From Candidatus Omnitrophota bacterium (GTDB lineage Bacteria > Omnitrophota > Gorgyraeia > Zapsychrales > JAHFFX01): a stretch of DNA of 64,000 bases. Within the stretch, counting starts at the first letter, position 1. Each line of letters starts with the position of its first letter. Where the stretch lies: assembly GCA_023247725.1 (NCBI GenBank), contig JAHFFW010000013.1, forward strand, positions 1,031 to 65,030, in the 5' to 3' direction. The notes under the pieces were generated by a model. The model worked only from the letters and a program-made list of their open reading frames with translations. It did no database searches and had not been told where the DNA came from. Of this stretch, positions 56,701 through 64,000 are shown one piece after another. The position numbers were made by a program, and so were the translations under genes.

Positions 56701-57210
56701 TTTTCCAAAAATCTGCAGGAAATCATCCGCGGCCTTAAGCGCGCTCGTGTAGTTTCCCTGACGGATATTCCAGGCGAGCTCGCCGCGCAGGCACGCCGAG
56801 GTCGCCAGAAGGCCTTCGCTGTATTGGGCGAGGATTTCTTTATCCATCCGGGGCCGGTAATAAAAACCTTCCAAATATCCCAAAGAGACCAATTTCATGA
56901 GATTCTTGTATCCGGTTTCATCCTTGGCAAACAAAACCAGATGCGACGCTCCCCCCTTGCCGGCACTTTTGTCGGTCCGATGGCCCGGGGCCACATAGGC
57001 CTCGCATCCAATGATGGGTTTGATGCCGAGCTTAATAGCGGTCTGATAAAATTCGATGGCGCCAAAGACATTGCCATGGTCCGTCATGCCAAGGGCCGGC
57101 ATTTTGTAATCCACGGCTTTCTGGATGAGTTCCTTGATGCGGCAGGCTCCGTCGAGGAGACTGTACTGCGTATGGACGTGCAGATGAACGAAATCGGAAT
57201 GGTAATTCAT
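53776..57210 (-). CDS. dnaE: DNA polymerase III alpha subunit
   Basis: HLHVHTQYSLLDG, GPGRGSAAGS, PDIDIDF, GYGFNKSH. Confidence 0.98.
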   Translation of the reverse strand: MNYHSDFVHLHVHTQYSLLDGACRIKELIQKAVDYKMPALGMTDHGNVFGAIEFYQTAIKLGIKPIIGCEAYVAPGHRTDKSAGKGGASHLVLFAKDETGYKNLMKLVSLGYLEGFYYRPRMDKEILAQYSEGLLATSACLRGELAWNIRQGNYTSALKAADDFLQIFGKGNFYLELMEHDLPDQKIVNEGLLKISADLKLPVVATNDIHYLEQSQSLAHEALLCIQTQTTLDDPNRMRLKTDQFYFKDPALMKKMFSANPEAIRNTLEIADKCNLELQFNELHLPRYEMPVGATKEEYLRELCLQGIKDRYGTPTFEVNERLDHELGVIHKMGFEGYFLIVWDFIHYAKQKGIPVGPGRGSAAGSLVSYLLGITDLDPLKYGLLFERFLNPERLGMPDIDIDFCFERRSEVIEYVTNKYGKDNVAQIITFGSMQARAAIRDVGRVMGLPYSDVDKIAKLIPGTPDMTLSESLKIEPQLLQLYQQEEKTANLINTARVLEGLSRHASIHAAGVVISDKPLTEYVPLFKTSDGQITTGYAMDGIAKIGLLKMDFLGLRTLTVISETIKLIRRYRNIEVDINKISIDDKKTYALLSQANSFGIFQLESSGMRDLLKRIRPSQFEDVISILALYRPGPIGSGMLDDFIKRKKGEIQVKYDHPKLESLLKETYGIIVYQEQVMQIASVLAGFSMTQADHLRRAMSKKNPEEMDKMRKAFVDGCQKTNKIKEELANKIFDLIDYFSGYGFNKSHSAAYALITYRTAYLKANYPVEFMCALLTSEKDNTDKVVEYVKEAQAMGLRVLPPDLNHSLTEFSVVDEKTIRFGLIAVKNVGATAIESIVEKRRQEGFYQSLFDFCNRVDLRLCNRKVIESLIKCGALDCFGCRRSQLIAMMDQALERGTQSQKEKAAGQFSFFDLAQNNGFEKAATVLPDIKEWPQAQILAFEKEVLGYYISGHPLAHYKIEIKEFADHSSGKLRSASDGQEIRLVGLLNSVKLTMTKRTNERMAICRLEDLDGEIEVLVFPSAYPAVANDLKEGEVVLVKGRLSLKEDVPRLIASDVRPIGQAYKSIKAINVDLSRLGQEGLRSLKEKLAGYPGKVPVYLSLDTKAYKSVQILVGEDLFVAPTENLLDELKEMIGEDRFSLKV

Positions 57211-57302
57211 GCGGCCGGGCTATCTTTGTCTCATCATTGCTTGTGAATCAAAATAAGTTTTTTTTATTATACCATAAGCCGCAAAGCCGGCCAGAGGTGA
57301 AT

Positions 57303-59543
57303 TCAAATAGTTTTTTCTCTGGTCAGAAAAATTCTGGCTAAACGCAATTCCTCGTAGGAAAAATCATCACCGAGCCTGGCCTTGACTGGCGATAACCGTA
57401 AGTTTCCAGCTTGTGCGAAGGCCTTTTCTATCATCACAAACCGTGACTCGGAAGGTCTCAGATGGTTGATCTCGAGGGAAGGATCTTCTTGCGCCAATCG
57501 CTCGATATGGGACAGAATCGTCGCTACGGCCAACCCTCGGGCCCGGGCCATTTCCGCAAGCGATAACTTTTGTTCCAGCAACTTTTTGGTCTCGCGGTAG
57601 GTTAAGGTGACGATGGCATCGGGCCTCCGCGCATTGGAAAGGCTCGCCGGCCCTGCCGGGCCATGGCCATGCTCACGGCAGAACTCGGCAATCTTTTTCA
57701 TAAAGGCAGGACCAAACTGCAGCAATTTCTGCTGCCCCACTCCTGTAATCGCAAGAAAACTTTCGGCATTCTGCGGCAGACGACGGGCCATTTCTTTCAA
57801 GGAAATATCTCCAAAGATGACAAAGGGAGGCACCCCGCGCGCGGCGGCCAGGTCCTGGCGCAGCTGACGCAGTTGTTCAAAAAGCGCCGGATGATCCATC
57901 CTCTCATCCCGGCGTACTGGCGAAAATCCTTTTACCGACTTTTTGTCGGTCGATCGCAAGGCGGGTAAAAAAAGTGGTTCGCCGCCGTTAAGAAAATTGC
58001 GCCCAGAGGCCGTAAGGACAATGAGCGGATATTCGCCGGTCGTCTTCATTAAGAATCCTTTCTCCGCCAACAATCCAACAATCTCTTTGAGCTGTTGAGG
58101 ATGAAACATCTGGCCCTGCCCGTAAACCGGCAGATGCTGATGCCCCCATCGTAAGATCCGTTCATTGCGCGAGCCGCGCAACACCTCGATAATGTACTGC
58201 GCTCCAAATTGACCGCCGGTCGCGCGAACGCATTCCAGAACCAACCGGCCGATCGTGGTCGCGTCAAATTCTCCCGTCGAACGCAGACAGCGATCGCATT
58301 GCCCGCAGTTATCCCGCGCGTAACGTTCGCCGAAATAGGCCAGCAAAAATTTTCTGCGGCAACCAAAACTTTCACAAAACGCCGTTAATTGATTGAGTTT
58401 TTCCAAGGCCTGCCGGCGCTGCGTGATATCGGTCATCTGCTTGATGAAATATTCCTGTTTAAAGCGATCGGCATAGGAATAAAACAACACACACTTCGCG
58501 GGAAGCCCGTCGCGGCCGGAGCGTCCGGTTTCCTGATAATAGCCCTCGATGGATTTGGGGAGATCATAATGAACGATGAGATGGATATCGGGCTTGTCAA
58601 TGCCCATGCCAAAGGCGATCGTCGCGGTGATGACGGGTGTCTGCGTGTTCAGGAAACGGTCTTGAATATCATGACGGGCCTGCGCCTCCAGTCCGGCGTG
58701 ATAGGCCTCTGCTCTGATTCCGCGGGCGCGCAATTCTTCTGCTATCTCCTCGGTGTTTTTGCGCGAAAAACAGTAAATGATCGCCGCCCGGTTTTTGTGC
58801 AGCGGACTTTCTAGAAGGGCCAAGAGCTCGGTGAAACACCCCTCTTTCGGTCGAATGTCATAATAAAGATTGGGGCGATCGAAACTCGATAAAAATATGC
58901 GCGGCGTTTTGAGACGCAGGTGTTCGGCGATATCCTGACGCACCCGGGGGGTTGCCGTCGCTGTCAGCGCCATCATCGCCGCGCCTGGAAAATCATCGCG
59001 CAAATTCTTGAGATTCAGATATTCCGGGCGAAAATCGTGCCCCCATTGAGAAATGCAATGCGCTTCATCGATGGCGATAAAAGAGATATGCACGCCCCGC
59101 AGAAATTCCCGGAATTCCCCGATGGCCAGCCGTTCGGGAGCGAGATAAAGAAGTTTAATCTCTGCCCGCTTAAGGCGTTCTTTGATCGCATCGATTTCTT
59201 CGTAGATCAAACTGCTATTGATAAATTCCGCCGCGATCCCATTGGCCTTGAGGCCGTCAACCTGATCCTTCATGAGGGAAATCAAGGGCGAGACGACGAT
59301 CGTGAGCCCCGCAAAAACCAGCGCCGGCAACTGATAACACAGCGACTTGCCGCCGCCCGTCGGCATAAGGACCAGCGCATCCCGACCCGACAACACATGC
59401 CCGATCGTGTCCTCCTGCATCGGCAGAAACCGTTCGTAGCCGAAATGAGTTTTTAACAAATCCGGAAGGGAAACTGTCCTGCGAGAAGGAACAATTTCAT
59501 TGGTACTGCGTCGTTGAGTGTTGTTGTCTCCAGTCGTCATCAT
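57303..59543 (-). CDS. recQ: ATP-dependent DNA helicase RecQ
   Basis: MPTGGGKSLCYQ, DEAHCISQWGHDFRPEY, YYQETGRSGRDG, zinc site, RQC, HRDC; start reassigned to about 59543. Confidence 0.95.
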   Translation of the reverse strand: MMTTGDNNTQRRSTNEIVPSRRTVSLPDLLKTHFGYERFLPMQEDTIGHVLSGRDALVLMPTGGGKSLCYQLPALVFAGLTIVVSPLISLMKDQVDGLKANGIAAEFINSSLIYEEIDAIKERLKRAEIKLLYLAPERLAIGEFREFLRGVHISFIAIDEAHCISQWGHDFRPEYLNLKNLRDDFPGAAMMALTATATPRVRQDIAEHLRLKTPRIFLSSFDRPNLYYDIRPKEGCFTELLALLESPLHKNRAAIIYCFSRKNTEEIAEELRARGIRAEAYHAGLEAQARHDIQDRFLNTQTPVITATIAFGMGIDKPDIHLIVHYDLPKSIEGYYQETGRSGRDGLPAKCVLFYSYADRFKQEYFIKQMTDITQRRQALEKLNQLTAFCESFGCRRKFLLAYFGERYARDNCGQCDRCLRSTGEFDATTIGRLVLECVRATGGQFGAQYIIEVLRGSRNERILRWGHQHLPVYGQGQMFHPQQLKEIVGLLAEKGFLMKTTGEYPLIVLTASGRNFLNGGEPLFLPALRSTDKKSVKGFSPVRRDERMDHPALFEQLRQLRQDLAAARGVPPFVIFGDISLKEMARRLPQNAESFLAITGVGQQKLLQFGPAFMKKIAEFCREHGHGPAGPASLSNARRPDAIVTLTYRETKKLLEQKLSLAEMARARGLAVATILSHIERLAQEDPSLEINHLRPSESRFVMIEKAFAQAGNLRLSPVKARLGDDFSYEELRLARIFLTREKTI

Positions 59544-59680
59544 TGCAGGATGGAAATTCGTTTGATTCAGGGTAGAAAAACAAGGGCGGGGGAAAAATGA
59601 TATTATTCTGCTTCGCAACAGCAATAGGAGCTTCCAGTGTTGCTTCGCAGCAATATTCTCCGTGCAGAATAATTGCTCCG

Positions 59681-59770
59681 TTCTCCTTCGCTCCCCAATG
59701 CTTTCACGTTTGGGCTGCGGAGGAACGGTCCTTCGAAGCCCCAACGTAAAAACATTGGGGCGAAGGAGAA
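59681..59770. repeat. long imperfect REP-like inverted repeat
   Basis: TTCTCCTTCGCTCCCCAATG..GGGCTGCGGAGGA / TCCTTCGAAGCCCC..CATTGGGGCGAAGGAGAA. Confidence 0.7.
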
Positions 59771-59851
59771 TAGGACGGCTAATCTTTATTCTTGGGACTT
59801 TTGAGCCGCTCTTCTTCTCCAATCAATTCGACTAGGGCAGCGATTTGCGCT

Positions 59852-60059
59852 CAAGCCTTTCCTTATTCCCACTCTATCGTCGAAGGTGGCTTGGAGCTAT
59901 CCCGCTGAATTCGACGAGGTCGGGATTGCTTCCAAGCTTTCCTTATTCCCACTCTATCGTCGAAGGTGGCTTGGAGCTATCCCGCTGAATTCGACGAGGT
60001 CGGGATTGCTCCAAGCCTTTCCTTATTCCCACTCTATCGTCGAAGGTGGCTTGGAGCTA
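59852..60059. repeat. 80-bp tandem repeat (about 2.6 units) containing the guaA 3' end
   Basis: CCTTATTCCCACTCTATCGTCGAAGGTGGCTTGGAGCTA starts at 59861, 59941 and 60021. Confidence 0.95.
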
Positions 60060-61792
60060 ACATCATAGACCACGCGGTTGACGCCCTGGACTTCGTTGAT
60101 GATCCGGTTGGCAATTTTGCCAAGGAGTTCATAAGGAATCTTCACCCAATCGGCGGTCATCCCGTCGACGCTGCTGACACAGCGAATCGCGATCACGTTT
60201 TCGTAGGTCCGTTGATCGCCCATGACGCCGACGGTTTTAATGGGCAATAAAACAGCAAAGGACTGCCAGATCTCATGATAAAGATTGGCTTTTTTGATTT
60301 CATCCAGCACAATCTCATCGGCCTCACGCAGGATGTCAAGCCGTTCCTCGGTCACCTCTCCAATGACTCGAATCGCCAGCCCCGGCCCGGGGAACGGTTG
60401 TCTTTTGAGAACCGTCTCCGGAAGACCAAGGTGTTTTCCAATCACCCGGACTTCGTCCTTGAACAGATCCCGCAAAGGTTCGATCAGTTTGAACTTCATG
60501 TTTTTGGGCAAACCGCCGACATTATGATGAGTTTTGATGACGGCGGATGGCCCCCCGTTGGGAGAAACAGATTCAATGACATCCGGGTACAAGGTTCCTT
60601 GCGCCAAGAATTCGACATTCTTAAGTTTCTTGGCCGTATCCTGAAAGACTTTGATGAATTCATCGCCGATGATTTTGCGTTTTTCTTCTGGATCTTCGAT
60701 GTCTTTCAGCCTTTGCAAAAAACGCTTCCGGGCATCCACAATGGTCAGATTGATTTTAAAGGTGCCTTTAAACGTTCTCTCCACCGAAGCGACTTCATTT
60801 TTGCGCAATAATCCATTATCAACGAAGATGCAATGCAGCTGCTTGCCGATCGATTGGTTGATAAGCATGGCGGTCACCGCCGAATCCACTCCCCCGCTTA
60901 AACCCAGAACGATCTTCTTACGGCCGACGACATCGCGGATCTGCCGGGAAGCGGAGTGAATGAATTTGTCCATGGTCCAGCGCGGCAGGCAACCGCAGAT
61001 GGCGAGCAGGAAATTGCTGATGATCTGATTGCCGCGCTGCGTGTGCGCGACCTCCGGATGGAATTGAACCCCGTAAATTTTCTTCGCCCGGTTGGCAATG
61101 GCCGCGATCGGCGCATTCAAGGTATGGGCAATGGAAACAAAACCCGTCGGTAATTTTTTAATAGAATCACCGTGGCTCATCCAGCAGGTCAGGTTCGTGG
61201 GAAGATTGGCAAACAGATCCCGATTGCTATCGACGAATAATTCGGCGCTGCCGAATTCCCGTTCTCTGCTGCGATCGACCTTGCCCTCGAACATATGCGT
61301 GATCGCCTGCATCCCGTAACAAATTCCCAGAATCGGGATTCCCATTTTAAAAATCGCCCGGTCCGGCAGAGGCGCATTTTTATCATAAACACTCATGGGA
61401 CCGCCCGAGAGAATCAAGCCTTTGGGGGCCATCTGAGTGATTTCGGCCGGTGTGATGTTATAGGGAACGATCTTGCTAAAAACCTTATTCTCGCGGACCC
61501 GTCGGGCAATCAGCTGAGTGTATTGGGAACCGAAATCGAGGATGAAGATGACTTCTTTGGTGCGCGGGGTCTTTAAGGTTTTCTCATCGAAACCCTCGGA
61601 AGGGGTTCGGGCGAGACTTGTCACCGGCGATCTCAACCGCATAAAAGTGCTCCGGCGGTGAAATTTTTTCCATTTCGTTTCTACGAAATGGAGCTTTTTA
61701 AATTTCGCCATTTTGGGTTTTGGTTTTTTCGATTTGACTTTTCTGGCTAAAATTCTTTTTGTCTTCCCGTGTCTCATTTTCATCATGATCAC
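60023..61792 (-). CDS. guaA: GMP synthase (glutamine-hydrolysing) with basic N-terminal extension
   Basis: [43 protein letters not shown]; true start uncertain. Confidence 0.97.
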   Translation of the reverse strand: MIMMKMRHGKTKRILARKVKSKKPKPKMAKFKKLHFVETKWKKFHRRSTFMRLRSPVTSLARTPSEGFDEKTLKTPRTKEVIFILDFGSQYTQLIARRVRENKVFSKIVPYNITPAEITQMAPKGLILSGGPMSVYDKNAPLPDRAIFKMGIPILGICYGMQAITHMFEGKVDRSREREFGSAELFVDSNRDLFANLPTNLTCWMSHGDSIKKLPTGFVSIAHTLNAPIAAIANRAKKIYGVQFHPEVAHTQRGNQIISNFLLAICGCLPRWTMDKFIHSASRQIRDVVGRKKIVLGLSGGVDSAVTAMLINQSIGKQLHCIFVDNGLLRKNEVASVERTFKGTFKINLTIVDARKRFLQRLKDIEDPEEKRKIIGDEFIKVFQDTAKKLKNVEFLAQGTLYPDVIESVSPNGGPSAVIKTHHNVGGLPKNMKFKLIEPLRDLFKDEVRVIGKHLGLPETVLKRQPFPGPGLAIRVIGEVTEERLDILREADEIVLDEIKKANLYHEIWQSFAVLLPIKTVGVMGDQRTYENVIAIRCVSSVDGMTADWVKIPYELLGKIANRIINEVQGVNRVVYDVSSKPPSTIEWE

Positions 61793-62949
61793 TTTCCCAT
61801 TCCGACCCGTTGGCCAACCTGAAAGACCTTGCCTTCCGTTTGAATGGAAGGGGCGATGATGATCTCCACATCATGCATCTCTTTGATATTGGTGGCGCCC
61901 AAAGAACCCATCGACGTTTTTAAGGCGCCGACGAGATTTTGCGAACCGTCATCGACTTTCGCAGGGCCGAAGAGAATCTCTTTTAAGCTGCCGGTTGTAC
62001 CGACCTTGATGCGAGTACCGCGCGGCAAGTTGGCGTGCGAGGTGGCCATGCCCCAATGAAATCCCTTACCCGGCGCCTCAATGGCCTTGGCAAAGGCGGA
62101 TCCCACCATCACGGCATCGCCTCCGGCGGCGAAGGCCTTGCAGATTTCTCCGCCTATCCGCATACCCCCGTCGGTGATGATAGGAATATACCTCCCCACT
62201 TTTTTGAAAAAATAATCCCGCGCCGCGGCGCAATCAACCGTGGAAGTGATTTGCGGTACGCCAATTCCCAGTACCCCCCGCGTGGTACAGGCCGCCCCCG
62301 GACCAACGCCCACAAGAAGTCCCGAAACTCCCGCGTCCATGAGCTCCAAAGCAACATCATAGGTAACACAATTGCCAAGAATGACTGGAATTTTTAAACT
62401 TTTACAAAATTTGGCGATATCGAGGATTTGATATTGACTGGAAATATGCTGAACGGTCGCTACGGTTGATTGAACAATAAAAATATCGCAGCCCGCTTCT
62501 TGGGCAATCGCGGCGAAATCCTTGGCATTTTGGGGAATGCAGCTGACAACGGCCGGGACTTTTTTCGATTTGATTTCTTTAATTCTTTTAGAAATGAGTT
62601 TTTCTTTTACCGGCTGAAGGTAAATACTTTGAACAAGTTTGGTGGCCTCCTCCGGCGAGGCGTTGGCGATCTGTTGCAAAACTTCTTCGGGATTATCATA
62701 ACGGGTTTGCACCCCGTCCAGATTCAAAACCGCAACGCCGCCCAATTGTCCCATTTCAACGGCAAAATGAACATCCACGACCCCATCCATGGCCGCGGCT
62801 AAAATGGGGATGTCAAACTTTAAATCTTTGATTTTCCAGGTGATATCAACTTCGTGAGGGTTTATGGTCAATCGTCCTGGCACCAACGCCACTTCATCGA
62901 ATCCATAACAGCGACGGGCGCGGCGGCCGATACCAATCCATTCTGCCAT
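61789..62949 (-). CDS. guaB: IMP dehydrogenase family protein (GuaB3 type)
   Basis: [35 protein letters not shown]...LPRGTRI. Confidence 0.9.
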   Translation of the reverse strand: MAEWIGIGRRARRCYGFDEVALVPGRLTINPHEVDITWKIKDLKFDIPILAAAMDGVVDVHFAVEMGQLGGVAVLNLDGVQTRYDNPEEVLQQIANASPEEATKLVQSIYLQPVKEKLISKRIKEIKSKKVPAVVSCIPQNAKDFAAIAQEAGCDIFIVQSTVATVQHISSQYQILDIAKFCKSLKIPVILGNCVTYDVALELMDAGVSGLLVGVGPGAACTTRGVLGIGVPQITSTVDCAAARDYFFKKVGRYIPIITDGGMRIGGEICKAFAAGGDAVMVGSAFAKAIEAPGKGFHWGMATSHANLPRGTRIKVGTTGSLKEILFGPAKVDDGSQNLVGALKTSMGSLGATNIKEMHDVEIIIAPSIQTEGKVFQVGQRVGMGK

Positions 62950-63016
62950 ATAACGCTAACCTCCAAAGCGGAAAAAGCGGAAAAATTGCGGAATTTGATT
63001 CAAGGTAATGGCCTAT

Positions 63017-63045
63017 AATATAGGGACTTTAGTTCGGCTTGTCAA
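63017..63045 (-). promoter_or_regulatory. sigma70 promoter of guaB-guaA
   Basis: TTGACA-N17-TATATT on the minus strand. Confidence 0.7.
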
Positions 63046-63049
63046 TAAC

Positions 63050-63089
63050 AAAAACGGGCAACCCCGCCCGTCGGCGGGGTTGCCCGTTT
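63050..63089 (-). terminator. rho-independent terminator after groL
   Basis: 17-bp stem AAACGGGCAACCCCGCC/GGCGGGGTTGCCCGTTT with a T-run. Confidence 0.8.
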
Positions 63090-63113
63090 CTCGATGGAAT
63101 CCATTGAATCGCT

Positions 63114-64000
63114 TTAATACATTCCCCCCATTCCCCCACCAGGAGGCATGGCCGGAGAGGGTTTATCTTTTTCCGGTTTATCGGTCACTAACGCTTCCGT
63201 CGTCAGAAGCAAGGAAGCGATGCTAGCCGCATTCTGCAAAGCGGTGCGGGTGACTTTGGCCGGATCGATCACGCCGGAATCAAACATATCCGTGTATTTG
63301 TCCTGGTTAATGTCATAACCCACATTGGAATTCTTTTCATTTTTTAAACGCTCGACGATCACCGAACCCTCCAGGCCGGCATTCGCGGCCAACTGCCGGA
63401 CAGGCTCTTCAATCGATCTTTGGACGATTTCAACTCCGGTGCGTTCGTCCCCGCGGAGTTTCTTCTTGAGTTCTTCGAGAACCGGGATGGTTCGCAACAA
63501 GGCCACACCACCGCCCGGCACAATGCCTTCTTCGACGGCCGCTCGAGTTGCGTGCAAGGCATCTTCCACACGGGCCTTCTTTTCTTTCATTTCCGTCTCG
63601 GTGGCCGCTCCCACATTAATGATGGCCACTCCACCGGAAAGTTTTGCCAGCCGTTCCTGCAACTTTTCTTTATCGTAAGAAGAATCGGTGTTCTCAATCT
63701 GGGTCTTGATCTGCCCGATCCTGGCCTTGATATCCGCAGTTTTGCCAGCCCCTTCCACGACCGTGGTGTTGTCTTTATCAATCTTGACCTTCTTGGCTCG
63801 GCCGAGATCTGACAAATTAATATTTTCGAGCTTGAGACCCAGATCCTCGGTGATGGCATTGCCTCCGGTCAATTTAGCAATATCTTCGAGCATCGCCTTA
63901 CGTCGATCGCCGTAACCCGGGGCCTTGACCGCGCAACAGACCAAGGTTTTGCGCATGTTGTTTACGACCAGTGTCGCGAGAGCCTCGCCCTCGACTTCTT
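63114..64000 (-). CDS. groL: chaperonin GroEL, C-terminal part (begins beyond the window)
   Basis: [42 protein letters not shown] tail. Confidence 0.98.
   Translation of the reverse strand, partial: EVEGEALATLVVNNMRKTLVCCAVKAPGYGDRRKAMLEDIAKLTGGNAITEDLGLKLENINLSDLGRAKKVKIDKDNTTVVEGAGKTADIKARIGQIKTQIENTDSSYDKEKLQERLAKLSGGVAIINVGAATETEMKEKKARVEDALHATRAAVEEGIVPGGGVALLRTIPVLEELKKKLRGDERTGVEIVQRSIEEPVRQLAANAGLEGSVIVERLKNEKNSNVGYDINQDKYTDMFDSGVIDPAKVTRTALQNAASIASLLLTTEALVTDKPEKDKPSPAMPPGGGMGGMY

Noticed and set aside
33097-59543. PolX, TatD, Hel308, RecO, DnaE and RecQ as one DNA-repair or defence island
   Set aside because: They are scattered among unrelated housekeeping operons with no shared operon or mobility signature
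59544-59822. 93-aa N-terminal extension of RecQ in the ORF track
   Set aside because: It reads through palindromic repeat DNA from a TTG; the helicase begins near the ATGs at 59540-59543
59852-60059. Possible CRISPR mini-array
   Set aside because: The intervening segments are essentially identical, the repeat is guaA coding sequence, and no cas genes are present

Overview
Mostly core bacterial chromosome, about 50% GC, with almost every gene on the minus strand. The gene set (class III signal-peptide pilin, GT-C/TPR proteins, alginate-export-type porin, CBM proteins, GuaB3, alpha2-type GlyRS) suggests a PVC-group organism such as Ca. Omnitrophota; this is inference, not verified. Housekeeping blocks are rpsO-pnp-ftsK-rodZ-rimO-pgsA-pgpA, glyQS-ppdK-sigma70-LacI-like-apt, nfnAB-panB, panE-dtd-tatD, hisS-aspS-LysM-phoH-HD-ybeY-recO and groL-guaB-guaA-recQ-dnaE-HU. 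There is one tRNA-Arg(CCT) and two toxin-antitoxin loci, one with a deleted toxin. Main points of interest: (1) a ParA/Soj ATPase fused to a glycogen-binding CBM48 domain, next to a membrane-anchored carbohydrate-binding protein and a porin, a candidate glycogen-granule positioning system; (2) about ten dispersed 7-9-nt tandem arrays at gene junctions, mostly with different units and often in inverted (hairpin) arrangement, one enclosing a pseudoknotted RNA-like fold and one carrying a MITE; (3) palindromic repeats inserted in frame into GlyRS and a membrane glycosyltransferase, and a heptamer run in HisRS; (4) an 80-bp tandem triplication of the guaA 3' end; (5) an archaeal-type Hel308 helicase on the opposite strand. 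No CRISPR array, rRNA, integrase or transposase gene was seen.
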